Positions 29,516 to 39,164 of a DNA stretch of 64,000 nt are shown piece after piece. The notes beneath the pieces were generated by a model. It ran no database searches. It saw only the letters and a list, made by a program, of their open reading frames with translations, and was not told where the DNA came from. The stretch's first letter is position 1. Every line of letters begins with the position of its first letter. The position numbers and the translations under genes were made by a program. Source of the stretch: an uncultured delta proteobacterium (lineage in GTDB: Bacteria > Desulfobacterota > Binatia > UBA9968); contig CAWDPO010000016.1 of the NCBI GenBank assembly GCA_963804165.1, forward strand, positions 1-64,000, read 5' to 3'.

Positions 29516-30770
29516 GGCTCTCCTCAGTCACCGGCCAAACGGCGGGACGCGCTTCGACCGGCAAGTAAATGTTTACAGTGGTGCCCTGTCCGACTTCACT
29601 TGCGATATGGATCGTACCGCCGTGGGCTCGAATAATTTCTTGACAGATAACCAACCCTAACCCGGTGCCTCTTCCCGGCGGCTTGGTCGTGACAAACAGG
29701 TCGAAGATCTTGGGCAGCACGTCCGCCGGGATACCGATGCCGGTGTCAGCGACTTCGATGGCCACTCCCGGCGCTCTCGTCGAAGTCATCGGGCATTCGA
29801 TGGTTGCAATCTTTACCGCCCCCTTCTTTTCACAAGCATCGACGGCGTTGTCCAATAGGTTTATCAGGACACGCTGGATCGAATTGCCGTTGCCGAAAAC
29901 GACGAGTCTCGTTCCGGCCAGCGTCGAAGTCACTTCGACGCCACGCTGCTTAAAATTGGGTTGCAACAAGAGCAGCGTGTCGCGGACCAGCTCGTTGATG
30001 TTTACTTCACTTTTCGGAGGTGTGCCTCGGGTTTGAGACAGGTAACGCTGGATGATCTCGCCCATGCGATTGATTTGAGTCTCGATAATCGCCAGGCGCC
30101 GGCGCGCGCGCTCGGTCATCGACTCTTGAGAAAGAAGTTGAGTATAACCAAGCACAGAATTCAGCGGGGTACCCAAGTCGTGGGCAATGGTGCCGGCCAT
30201 GCGGCCGAGCGTGGCCAAGCGCTCGACCCGTCCCAGTTCAAGCTGTAGCCGCAATAGCTCGGTCTCGACTCTCTTGCGCTCGACAATTTCGGCGCGCAGC
30301 GCGTCGTTAGCCTGGGCGAGCTCTGCCGTCCTTGCCTGAACTCGTGCTTCCAACTCTCCGTGCGCCTTAAGCAGTTCCTCTTCGGCGCGTTTCCTGGCGG
30401 ACGTCAAATAGCTCGTGACCGACGCGACGATTAAAAACACCCCCAGGCGCAAAAGAGCACGCCAGTTCAATTCGATCACGTAAATGGGAGCGATAAAGAA
30501 ATAGTCGAGCGACAGGGCGGAAAGAATCGTCGCTGCCAAGCCCGCGCCGAACCCGCCGTACCAGGCGCTGAACATTACCGCGACAAAAAACAGGGTAAAA
30601 TGGCTGGGGTCGGCGCCCCAGGGGAGAAGCGATGCAGTTGCCAGGGCCAAGGCCGCCGCCGTAACTGCGATGCCATAACGCGCAACGATGGGGCGATCTT
30701 TAATGAACATACGGTCGCACCAATTCGAGAAGGTTTTTTCCGTCGTCGATGAAAGCAGGCGTTGAGCCAT
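29487..30770 (-). CDS. Sensor histidine kinase with DUF4118 (KdpD-like 4-TM) input domain
   Basis: [32 protein letters not shown]; H-box IAHDLGTPL; NLLDNA, DTGIG, TTK..GTGLGL. Confidence 0.92.
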   Translation of the reverse strand: MAQRLLSSTTEKTFSNWCDRMFIKDRPIVARYGIAVTAAALALATASLLPWGADPSHFTLFFVAVMFSAWYGGFGAGLAATILSALSLDYFFIAPIYVIELNWRALLRLGVFLIVASVTSYLTSARKRAEEELLKAHGELEARVQARTAELAQANDALRAEIVERKRVETELLRLQLELGRVERLATLGRMAGTIAHDLGTPLNSVLGYTQLLSQESMTERARRRLAIIETQINRMGEIIQRYLSQTRGTPPKSEVNINELVRDTLLLLQPNFKQRGVEVTSTLAGTRLVVFGNGNSIQRVLINLLDNAVDACEKKGAVKIATIECPMTSTRAPGVAIEVADTGIGIPADVLPKIFDLFVTTKPPGRGTGLGLVICQEIIRAHGGTIHIASEVGQGTTVNIYLPVEARPAVWPVTEESHEHPHLDRG

Positions 30771-31167
30771 GATGTCTACCGGCGTGCTCGTTCAAGCGAA
30801 GTCGGGAGAGAAAGTCGGCGCTGTTGATGAGTTGCGTCTTACCCGTGTGAAGAATTTCCGGGTGACGAGCCAAATCTATCATCTTCAGTTCAATTTTCAT
30901 TCCAGCGAGGAAAACGCCAGTCTATCAACTATTCTCGTATATTCACGTCGTACTGCAAGGTCTCAGATTGCATTGCGGCCACAGCCACGGCGCTAAAATG
31001 CCTCACTGGTGCACGCCCACGGGGCGATCCCGCTCAATAGCGGATGTTTGGTTTGTGCCAGAGCGGGAGGCGATACCACAGAAGTTCCGCAAAGATTCGC
31101 CGTTCTTGCATGGCGCAGTGGCTCCGCATGAACGTTTTAGCTTCCTACATGAGTTTGGGTTCGCGTT

Positions 31168-31182
31168 TGGTACGGAGATTGC
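31168..31182 (+). promoter_or_regulatory. Putative sigma-54 promoter
   Basis: TGGTACGGAGATTGC, divergent from the kinase gene. Confidence 0.65.
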
Positions 31183-31250
31183 CCGGCAAGAGAATGGCAA
31201 ACCTATACTTGTCGTATTCGGGATGGCGATGGGTGAGAACGGGGGATCAA

Positions 31251-31433
31251 ATGAAGGCGCAAGTTCAAAATACCACTGTCGGCGAGCTCATCGCGGTTCT
31301 GTTTGATGAAACCGCAAATCTGAATTGGCTGAAACCGAGCGAGAAGAAGCAGCTCGTGGCTTACATTCTAAATGACCTAGTCCGAAGATCGCTACGCAAC
31401 AAAATCCATCGAGCAGCCAGAAAACTACGATAG
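31251..31433 (+). CDS. Small helical hypothetical protein
   Basis: GGGGA RBS; MKAQVQNTTVGELIAVLFDETANL...LVAYILNDL; follows the sigma-54 motif. Confidence 0.6.
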   Translation: MKAQVQNTTVGELIAVLFDETANLNWLKPSEKKQLVAYILNDLVRRSLRNKIHRAARKLR

Positions 31434-31675
31434 CAACGGACGGCTGGTTGGGCAGTGTACAAGACGCCGATGCCGTTGGCCGCAACTCGTACCGCGGGGC
31501 GGAGCAAGCAACAGCGTCACATGTTGCACACCATAACGCCCCTGCTCTTGCCTTCGAAAAAAACTTCCGCGGTTTGGCATCGTGCTAAATCCTTCCAGCG
31601 CGGACACTCGCCTCATCGATCGGAAAGCCTAGCGCAAATTTTTGCGCGGCCTCAAATTTGCTCAAGTTTGAAACC

Positions 31676-32701
31676 ATGTATTACAAACCCTATAGCGAAG
31701 CTGATGGGAGTCGCCGCTGTGCGATCGTCTTGGCCGGCGGCGATGGGCTGCGCCTGCGCTCGTTTGTCGAAAGGCTTCGGGGTGACGCGCTACCTAAACA
31801 GTACGTGAAATTTTTTGGCGAATGCTCGCTGCTCGACAAGACTTTTCAACGCGCACATAGACTGATCCCCGATGAGCGTATCTTTACGGTCGTCAGCCAA
31901 GATCATCTGTCATTTCCGGAGGTCCGGCAGCAGCTCGCCGGTCGAAGTGGCACCGGCGTTGTCGTTCAGCCGAACAATCGGGACACGGCCATCGGGTTGC
32001 TGCTGCCGCTGGCGCATCTGTTGGCGAGCTTTCCTGATTCCACCGTCGCGCTGTTCCCGTCCGATCATTTTGTCGCACGAGAGGAATTATTCATGACCCA
32101 CGTCGACGCGGCGTTCGGCATCGTCGAACGGGACGTCGCCAAGATCATCTTGGTCGGTATCCCGCCGACTTCAGCAGAATCTGATTACGGTTACATCGTT
32201 CCCGCGGAAGTTCGGTCCAACGCGTTTCCTTGCGGCACGCGAGTGGTGCGCGAGTTTATCGAAAAACCGGAGCCCATCGTTGCGCGCAAAATCGTCGCGG
32301 GCGGCGGCCTGTGGAACACACTTGTCATGGTCTTCAACGCCAAGACTCTGCTGCGCTATATGCGCGGGGTTCAGCCGAAGTTGTACGAAGGCTTCCGGCG
32401 CCTGCGCGACGCCGTGGGCACAAATAAATTCAAGCCCGTGATCGAAAAGGTTTACCAGCAAGCGCAGCCCGTGAACTTGTCGAAAGGTTTTCTAGAAGCA
32501 TTGCCGAAACGTTATCCGTCGCAGCTGCTGGTTTTGCCCGCTCGCGGCGTTTACTGGTGCGACTGGGGCTCGGAAGAACGCATCGTCAAAGCCTTACGAG
32601 AAGATCCGCCCGTGGATCGGCCGAGAGAAACTACCGAAACCCACTATAACGCGGCCCTAAAGCCGAAAGTGAGGAGCATCGCCTGTGTTTCCGGAAAATG
32701 A
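31676..32701 (+). CDS. Sugar-phosphate nucleotidyltransferase (mannose-1-phosphate guanylyltransferase-like)
   Basis: IVLAGGDGLRL, PKQY, FPSDH, YGYI, FIEKP, LWNT, WCDWG; no isomerase cupin domain. Confidence 0.85.
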   Translation: MYYKPYSEADGSRRCAIVLAGGDGLRLRSFVERLRGDALPKQYVKFFGECSLLDKTFQRAHRLIPDERIFTVVSQDHLSFPEVRQQLAGRSGTGVVVQPNNRDTAIGLLLPLAHLLASFPDSTVALFPSDHFVAREELFMTHVDAAFGIVERDVAKIILVGIPPTSAESDYGYIVPAEVRSNAFPCGTRVVREFIEKPEPIVARKIVAGGGLWNTLVMVFNAKTLLRYMRGVQPKLYEGFRRLRDAVGTNKFKPVIEKVYQQAQPVNLSKGFLEALPKRYPSQLLVLPARGVYWCDWGSEERIVKALREDPPVDRPRETTETHYNAALKPKVRSIACVSGK

Positions 32702-33833
32702 TCTTGACGAACAAACATTGGACAGCGAACGAGAAAGATTTCTATCCGCAGGAAATCAGGAAACGCGGCGCAATACGATGCTCCCGCTCAACTGTTCAAT
32801 AAGCGGTTTGCCCGTGAGCTCAACGCCCTCAGCCCGCTTTTCGGCGGCAAGTTTCACCGCCACGGCGGGATTGGGTAGCGACGTCGCCGAAGCCATGGAT
32901 CGGCCGAGATTGGCATTCAAGCCGATTCACACGAGCCGCCGAAGAAGAATCATCATCGGCCATGATCTCAAGTGCGGCGGCGATCATGCGGTCAAATCAG
33001 CTTTGGTGTTAGCGGAACAGTGTAAGGCGTCGATCCGCTTGGTCCACGTCGTCAACCCGCGTGATCATTTCCACGCGCCCACTCTGCCAACAGGCCGGCG
33101 GCATGTCATGGAAGAGCTAGTCGCCAAAGCCGGTGGGGACTTGGAGCAGGTCGTCGCCAGCCACAGGGCCACGCCTGTGCCCATTGATTATGAAGTACGC
33201 GTCGGCAAACCCTCGATCGAGCTCATTCTTGCAGGCAGAGCCTGGCAGTGTGATCTGATGATTATCGGCGCGCCCGCCCGGCAATCGATTCATTTATTAA
33301 AAAGCACTGCCGAAAGACTCGTTCGCATGGCGTTCGTTCCGGTGCTCGTGGCCCGCGAGGCGTTGAGCCGCCGACCCGAAAGATTCTTGATACCGACGGA
33401 TTTTTCGCCCGCGGCGCGCAAGGCCGCAGCGGAGGGTGTGGCTCTCGCAAAATGTTTTGGCGCACGGGTGATCTTCCTGCACGTGTTCGATCCGACACCT
33501 TGGTATAGCTGCCCGTACGCTGATGAGATGGTGGGACCGATGATGATTCCCGAGCTCCAACCACCTGATCTCAAGCAGGAGTGGTCGACATTTCTTCGCG
33601 GTTTGTCTCTGGACTCGCTGGCGTGGCAAACCTGCATCGAGGAAGGACTCCCTGGAACAGCGATTGTGCGCTATGCGGAGGCAATGGGCGCGGATATGAT
33701 CGTCATGGCGACGCAGGGCAAAACTGGCTTGGAACAGATCCTACTGGGCAATGTGGCAGAAGCTGTTGTGCGCGACGCCTCTTGTCCCGTGTTAACTCTA
33801 AAGCCCGATGCGTGTCATTTTCAGGTCGGGTAA
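32685..33833 (+). CDS. Universal stress protein (two USP domains; start uncertain)
   Basis: LIPTDFSPAA, ADMIVMATQGKTGLEQILLGNVAEAVVRDASCPVL, plus an upstream USP domain. Confidence 0.88.
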   Translation: MFPENDLDEQTLDSERERFLSAGNQETRRNTMLPLNCSISGLPVSSTPSARFSAASFTATAGLGSDVAEAMDRPRLAFKPIHTSRRRRIIIGHDLKCGGDHAVKSALVLAEQCKASIRLVHVVNPRDHFHAPTLPTGRRHVMEELVAKAGGDLEQVVASHRATPVPIDYEVRVGKPSIELILAGRAWQCDLMIIGAPARQSIHLLKSTAERLVRMAFVPVLVAREALSRRPERFLIPTDFSPAARKAAAEGVALAKCFGARVIFLHVFDPTPWYSCPYADEMVGPMMIPELQPPDLKQEWSTFLRGLSLDSLAWQTCIEEGLPGTAIVRYAEAMGADMIVMATQGKTGLEQILLGNVAEAVVRDASCPVLTLKPDACHFQVG

Positions 33834-34126
33834 ACATCCAAACATCCGGAACGCCCAGCGCATTCGATCCGGCGAATTTGTGCCGGTCGTGGAACTGCCT
33901 AGTGCCAAGCTTTGGTTTGCCGGAGCAACTTCGGTCAGGAGCTAGGGATCTTGTCCGAAAACGGGCTCGGGTTCGCGGCGAGCCCATGATTTGAATGAAG
34001 CGATCTTTCAACGTCGACTTGTGAAATTTTACAACAGTCAACAATAAGGTAACACACAGGGATGGATCGGCGCGTAGTTCCCACGCGTCGCTCAGTCATT
34101 TCTTAGTTCGGCAAGGAGACACAATC

Positions 34127-34669
34127 ATGAGCGCGAGTAAAATACGCATGAGTACGTTAGTCGGCGCGGCCTTGCTGTTCAGCCTGATATCGACGGCAAA
34201 TGCACAGGAGCGAGCACACGCCGATCTCAAGAACGCCGACGGGAAAACCGTCGGTACCGCGACGTTGCGTCAAACCAAAGAAGGCGTTTCGATCTCGATA
34301 CAGATAAAGGACCTTGCGCCGGGCCTACACGCGGTGCACATCCACTCGATTGGCAAGTGCGAGGGGCCCGCCTTCGCAAGCGCCGGCGGCCATTTCAATC
34401 CGCTGAACATGAAACACGGGCTCAAAAGCCCAGACGGACCGCATGCCGGCGATCTGCCTGACCTTTACGTCAACAAAGACCACGAGGGACGTTATCAGGT
34501 CTTGATCCAGAGCGTGACTCTCGACGCGGGAAAATTGTCTATCGATGATTCCGACGGAAAATCGATAGTCATTCACGCCACGGCCGACGACAACCTCACC
34601 GATCCCGCCGGCAATTCCGGTGACAGGATCGCCTGCGGCGTGATTGCGAAGGGATCTGGAAAAAAGTAA
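34127..34669 (+). CDS. sodC: Periplasmic Cu/Zn superoxide dismutase
   Basis: Signal peptide; [34 protein letters not shown]. Confidence 0.92.
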   Translation: MSASKIRMSTLVGAALLFSLISTANAQERAHADLKNADGKTVGTATLRQTKEGVSISIQIKDLAPGLHAVHIHSIGKCEGPAFASAGGHFNPLNMKHGLKSPDGPHAGDLPDLYVNKDHEGRYQVLIQSVTLDAGKLSIDDSDGKSIVIHATADDNLTDPAGNSGDRIACGVIAKGSGKK

Positions 34670-34768
34670 ACAGAGAATTTTGTACTGCACGGAGCCACGC
34701 TGCGGGTTCGTGTAAGTTTCCGATCGGGAGTCAACTCGATGAGGAAGGACACTCTCGACGGAGAAGCG

Positions 34769-34810
34769 TGGTGCGCCCGACAGGAATCGAACCTGTACTT
34801 AGGGTTCCGG
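34769..34810 (-). repeat. att-like 42-bp direct repeat of the tRNA-Arg 3' half
   Basis: TGGtGCGCCCGACAGGAATCGAACCTGTACTTAGGGTTCCGG equals 37268-37309 with one mismatch at the discriminator position. Confidence 0.92.
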
Positions 34811-35277
34811 CGTGATTCCAGGGGCTGCAAACCTACCGTAGTACTTCAAGCCCCATTGTTCGCGCAGTTTTTCTAAGGACAGCCCAGTCAACGTTTCTAT
34901 CGCCTTTAGTGCAGCCTCCGCCTCTCAGACACCACCCTCTGGAATGGAATGAATTATAGCAGGAACAGCTGAAGAATCTCCGAGGACCGAAATTGCGGGC
35001 AAAAGCTGTCCACTAACACTTTTTTCGTCCGCCGAGCCATAATTAGGTAAGGCAGCGCTCTTTAACCACCGTGCCTTGCAAGACTACTTGCGGCCCAACT
35101 CTCATTAAGAAATAAGGATCTGTAAGAAGGGTTGCTAAGTGATCAAGCGCATGAGGCTCTTTGGCTGCCCCTATAAACTGGCAGCCATCATCGCCCTATA
35201 TTCCTCTATTCCTGGGAGTACTGGCTCAGAACTGTCGACAAGACATTTCAGCCCAGCTTCAAAATGAGGTCGTGCGA

Positions 35278-35518
35278 TCAGGGATGGGGTGTGATGTTAA
35301 GGAGATAATAAGTATCGCCCCTGATTTGAAAATAAAAACGCCACGCCCTATCGATGCGAGCTTGCCAGATATTGCGCGCTTGGTCGTACTTTTTGGCTCG
35401 TAAGGAGGGATGACGAAGATTTTCAAGTAGGAACTGAACTTGTTTCTCAACGAGTCTCTGAACTCTTGCGGGAGTCTTGTCCCAACTTTTCAAGAAGCGG
35501 AGAATAGTCAAGACGCAT
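35278..35518 (-). CDS. RelE/ParE-superfamily toxin (frameshift near codon 8)
   Basis: ATG overlaps the antitoxin stop (TGATG); MRLDYSP/RFLKSWDK...NLRHPSLRAKKYD...WQARIDRAWRFYF. Confidence 0.7.
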
Positions 35519-35787
35519 CAAGAGGCTTTTTTCTTAAGTCTCTTTGCCTCTCGATTGAGCGAACGAACAAGTTCGTTCGCGGAGCTAAAAGGCCCGAAAG
35601 TTTTCTTTTGCTCGATTTCTTTGAGCGCTTGCGCCAATTCTCGATCGAGCACGCTCTTCGGAGTGAGGGTAATTTTCTTTCCTTCGACTTTAGCCTCTAG
35701 AAGGTCTCCTACTTCTAAACCAGCTTTTTCTCGCAGAGCGGCTGGAAGGGTAACCTGGTACTTTTCTTTGATTTTAACAAGCGCCAT
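35518..35787 (-). CDS. AbrB/MazE/SpoVT family antitoxin
   Basis: VKIKEKYQVTLPAALREKAGLEVGDLLEAKVEGKKITLTP. Confidence 0.88.
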   Translation of the reverse strand: MALVKIKEKYQVTLPAALREKAGLEVGDLLEAKVEGKKITLTPKSVLDRELAQALKEIEQKKTFGPFSSANELVRSLNREAKRLKKKAS

Positions 35788-35814
35788 GTAGGGTGATGCT
35801 CCTTCAGTTAGAAA

Positions 35815-35865
35815 GTTGGAAAATCCAACATCCTAGAGGCTACATGATGCATATGCTGGCGTCAA
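35815..35865 (-). promoter_or_regulatory. Sigma-70 promoter and operator palindrome of the TA operon
   Basis: TTGACG-17bp-TAGCCT, followed by GTTGGA-ttt-TCCAAC. Confidence 0.6.
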
Positions 35866-36088
35866 CTTCGCGGTCACGCGTCGCTCGCACCAAATTCGCC
35901 GTGTTTAATGCCACAGAATGCGTAGCGATGAAAAAAACTCTAGCACCGACTTTCCACTCAGATTTGGTGTTGTAGCGCTCATTCAGGCGAATTTCGCACG
36001 ATGTTGTAGATGGACATATCTCCAAACTGAATGGGCAAGTCAGCGACTCATGAGTTCACGCTGGGATTATTCGTTAGCATCGCGAGCC

Positions 36089-37108
36089 CTAAACGGCGTC
36101 TGCGAGCCTGAATAACAAGGCTTCCGTTTCCTCGAATCCAAGACATGCATCCGTGATGCTCTGACCGTAGGTTACGGGTGCATTCTGACGTCCAGCGACA
36201 AGGTTGCTCTCGAGCATCAGCGCTCGAATGGGTGAAACTCCCAGGTTTCCCATGATCGCGTCCGCCACGTCGATCTGCCGGGCCGCATCTTTCTCGCTGT
36301 TACCGTGGCTGCAGTCCACCATGAGGACCTCGGGAAGCTCGGCTGCGCGAAGCAGTCGAACCGCGCTTTCGATGGAGGCGGCATCGAAGTTGGGCCCGGT
36401 CTCACTACCACCGCGGAGCACGAGATGAGCGTAGGGATTGCCGGTGGTTTCCAGGATGGCAGGGGCGCCCTCCTTGGTGAGAGACGGAAAAAGGTGTCGG
36501 CTGCGCGCGGCCAGTATCCCGTCCACAGCCACCTGGACGTTACCGTCTGTGCGGTTCTTGATGCCGACCGGCATCGACAAACCCGACGCCAGCTCTCGGT
36601 GTATTTGGCTCTCCGCGGTGCGGGCCCCGATCGCCCCCCAGCTGATGAGGTCGGCATAGAACTGGCCAAAGGTCGTATCGAGAAACTCAGTCCCGGCGGG
36701 AACCCCCAGCTCCAGAATATCGGCGAGTAATTGCCGAGCCAGGCGCAGGCCCTTGTTGATGTGGTAGGACTCGTCTAGATCCGGATCGTTGATGAGTCCC
36801 TTCCATCCCACGACCGTTCGCGGCTTTTCGAAGTAGACGCGCATGACAACGAGAAGCGCATCGGATAGCGCGTCGGCGATCGGTTTGAGTTTGGTTGCGT
36901 ACTCGAGGGCGGCCTTGGTGTCGTGGACGGAACAAGGCCCGACGACCACGAGGAGCCGCGCATCCTTGCCGTCGAGAATCGCCTCGATCGCTCGGCGCGC
37001 CTCATAGACTCTTGTTGACGCGGTTTCGGTGAGAGGGATCTCCTCAGCGAGTATGGCCGGCGCGAGCAGTGGCCGGGTTTTGACGATGCGTAGATCGTCA
37101 GTTTTCAT
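36089..37108 (-). CDS. 3-deoxy-7-phosphoheptulonate (DAHP) synthase, class I-alpha
   Basis: VGPCSVHD, MRVYFEKPRT.VGWKGLINDP, GARTAESQIHRELASGLS, HLVLRGG, VDCSHGNS, YGQSITDAC. Confidence 0.95.
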   Translation of the reverse strand: MKTDDLRIVKTRPLLAPAILAEEIPLTETASTRVYEARRAIEAILDGKDARLLVVVGPCSVHDTKAALEYATKLKPIADALSDALLVVMRVYFEKPRTVVGWKGLINDPDLDESYHINKGLRLARQLLADILELGVPAGTEFLDTTFGQFYADLISWGAIGARTAESQIHRELASGLSMPVGIKNRTDGNVQVAVDGILAARSRHLFPSLTKEGAPAILETTGNPYAHLVLRGGSETGPNFDAASIESAVRLLRAAELPEVLMVDCSHGNSEKDAARQIDVADAIMGNLGVSPIRALMLESNLVAGRQNAPVTYGQSITDACLGFEETEALLFRLADAV

Positions 37109-37267
37109 ATCCCTCGCAGCGGTAAAGAGGTGAAGATATTTCGTAACAGCCGCGCGTCATCGCCCGCGAAAATCCACGCGGCTGGCGCGGAAGAAAAATT
37201 GGACACCGATCCCACATTTGCATCAAGAGTATCCGAGTACGGGAAAATATGGAAATGCTTACAGCGG

Positions 37268-37342
37268 TGGCGCGCCCGACAGGAATCGAACCTGTACTTA
37301 GGGTTCCGGAGACCCTCGTGATATCCTTTTCACTACGGGCGC
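37268..37342 (-). tRNA. tRNA-Arg(CCG)
   Basis: Acceptor stem GCGCCCG/CGGGCGC, anticodon arm AGGGT-ctCCGga-ACCCT, GGTTCGATTCC T-arm, encoded CCA. Confidence 0.95.
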
Positions 37343-37373
37343 GTGGATAGTTTCTCTATCATCGGGTCGTCGA

Positions 37374-38183
37374 TCAGTCAACGTGCGTTCCGGCTACGGC
37401 GTTGGCAACTCGCACCATTTCGTCGTGGATGAAACCATTCGTCGCCAATGTTTCTTGGCCCCAGATCGTAAATGGCTTGCCGGAAAAATCGCTGAGCTTG
37501 CCGCCGGCTTCCGTAACAATGAGTGCCCCGGCGGCGGTGTCCCAAGGCTTGAGCTTCATTTCCCAGAAACCGTCGAGCCGGCCGCAGGCCACATAGCATA
37601 GATCCAGCGCCGCCGATCCGCCACGGCGGATTCCCTGGCAGCGTGTCATGAACGCTTTGAAGTAACTCAGATAGAAATCGGCAAATTCGCGATGATCGTA
37701 GGGGAACCCGGTGGCGAGCAAGGACTTATCGAGTTCGTTGGCGCTTGACGTCCGAATCGGGCTGCCATCAAGTGTTGCGCCTTGTCCGAGTATTGCTTTG
37801 AAGCATTCGCTTCGGACCGGATCGTAAACCAGTCCCAGGATAATTCGATCGCTGTGTTCGACGGCGATGGAGACGCAAAACTGCGGGTAGCCGTGGGCAA
37901 AGTTTGTCGTGCCATCGAGCGGGTCGATGATCCAGCGATATTCGTCTTGCGCGCCTTGAACGTCGGTTTCTTCTTCTGCCAAGATTGAATGACCGGGAAA
38001 ATGACGCCGGATAACGGCGACGATCTTCCGTTCACTCTCCCGATCCACCGAAGTCACCAAATCGATCGAGCCTTTGTATTCGATGATTTTTGGCTCGTGC
38101 CAGTTTTCGTGCAAGATCTCGCCCGCACTATTTGCCGCTTCCCAAGCGACATTCATGAGCTTTGCAGTATCGGGAAGCGACAT
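37374..38183 (-). CDS. suhB: Inositol monophosphatase family protein
   Basis: DLVTSVDRESE, WIIDPLDGTTNFAHG, RRGGSAALDLCYVACGRLDGFWE, PWDTAAG. Confidence 0.9.
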   Translation of the reverse strand: MSLPDTAKLMNVAWEAANSAGEILHENWHEPKIIEYKGSIDLVTSVDRESERKIVAVIRRHFPGHSILAEEETDVQGAQDEYRWIIDPLDGTTNFAHGYPQFCVSIAVEHSDRIILGLVYDPVRSECFKAILGQGATLDGSPIRTSSANELDKSLLATGFPYDHREFADFYLSYFKAFMTRCQGIRRGGSAALDLCYVACGRLDGFWEMKLKPWDTAAGALIVTEAGGKLSDFSGKPFTIWGQETLATNGFIHDEMVRVANAVAGTHVD

Positions 38184-38234
38184 CAGATGAGTGCTCTTTC
38201 GCAAATGCGGCACGCCTATGTTACCTAATGACGC

Positions 38235-39095
38235 GTGAGGATTCGAGCGCCGGCGAAAATCAATTTATCTTTGCGCGTAATCGGCAAGCGTCGGGACGGT
38301 TATCATCTGCTCGACACAGTGATGGTTCCGGTTTCTCTCTATGATGTGATCGAGATCCGCAAATTGAAAAAACCGTCGAAGCCCGCCGGCACGCGGATCA
38401 CGATCAGCTGCGATCATCCGTTGGTGCCCCGCGGCGAGAAGAATATCGTCTATGGCGCTGCGCGGATGTTGATGCAACAGGCCGGCGCGGATCAACCAAT
38501 TCACATTCAGATCCGCAAGCGCATCCCGGTTGGGGCTGGCTTGGGCGGCGGGAGCACGGACGCGGCGGCGACTTTGATCGGCTTGAACCGGCTGTTTAAA
38601 CTTCACTTGACGGAGACTCGGTTGGAAAAATTGGCGCTATCCCTCGGGGCCGATGTGCCGTTCTTTATTCGCGGTCGCCCGGCGCGAGCGCGCGGCATCG
38701 GCGAGCGATTGCGATCGCTGCGTGGCCTAGCGAATTTGTGGCTGGTCATAATCTATCCCGGCTTTCCGGTCTCGACTGCTTGGGCGTACCAAAATCTACG
38801 CATAAAGTTGACAAAACCTATTGTAAATACTAGCATTGCGACTTCGTTAAAGAGTCTGGATAAACTCGCTGGTCTGCTCGTGAATGACCTGGAAAGCGTG
38901 ACCCTCGATAGGTATCCTAAAATTCGCTCACTCAAGGAGAAACTATTGCGCGCAGGGGCCTTAGGGGGTTTAATGTCGGGTAGCGGCTCATCTGTATTCG
39001 GTGTATTTGAGTCGAAGGGAATGGCGCAAAGAGCCTATAACACGTTGCGGCATGAGGAGGGGGTTCAAGCATTTTTAGTCCGTATGCTGAGTTAG
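38235..39095 (+). CDS. ispE: 4-diphosphocytidyl-2-C-methyl-D-erythritol kinase
   Basis: APAKINLSL, KRIPVGAGLGGGSTDAA, GADVPFF, NDLE, MSGSGSSVF. Confidence 0.96.
   Translation: MRIRAPAKINLSLRVIGKRRDGYHLLDTVMVPVSLYDVIEIRKLKKPSKPAGTRITISCDHPLVPRGEKNIVYGAARMLMQQAGADQPIHIQIRKRIPVGAGLGGGSTDAAATLIGLNRLFKLHLTETRLEKLALSLGADVPFFIRGRPARARGIGERLRSLRGLANLWLVIIYPGFPVSTAWAYQNLRIKLTKPIVNTSIATSLKSLDKLAGLLVNDLESVTLDRYPKIRSLKEKLLRAGALGGLMSGSGSSVFGVFESKGMAQRAYNTLRHEEGVQAFLVRMLS
38808..38836 (+). promoter_or_regulatory. Internal sigma-70 promoter within ispE (for spoVG/tRNA/prs)
   Basis: TTGACA-17bp-TAGCAT in an AT-rich patch inside the CDS. Confidence 0.65.
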
Positions 39096-39164
39096 ACGTT
39101 CAGTCGAAATAGCCTAAAGTAACCGCCAGCGAAGCAACTGGCTCGTCTCAAGTTGGGGGTCCCT

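Larger units (their letters stand above)
34769..37309. mobile_element. tRNA-Arg-integrated mini-island (no integrase), carrying a TA pair and DAHP synthase
   Basis: Bounded by the intact tRNA and its duplicated 3' half, which runs from the anticodon loop to CCA. Confidence 0.75.

Noticed and set aside
34769-34810. Second tRNA gene
   Set aside because: Only the 3' half is present, with no D-arm or 5' acceptor strand; treated as an att repeat.
34810-35260. Integrase remnant inside the mini-island
   Set aside because: I found no tyrosine or serine recombinase motif by eye. A short minus-strand peptide (ALKAIETLTGLSLEKLREQWG) is too weak to call; blastx would settle it.
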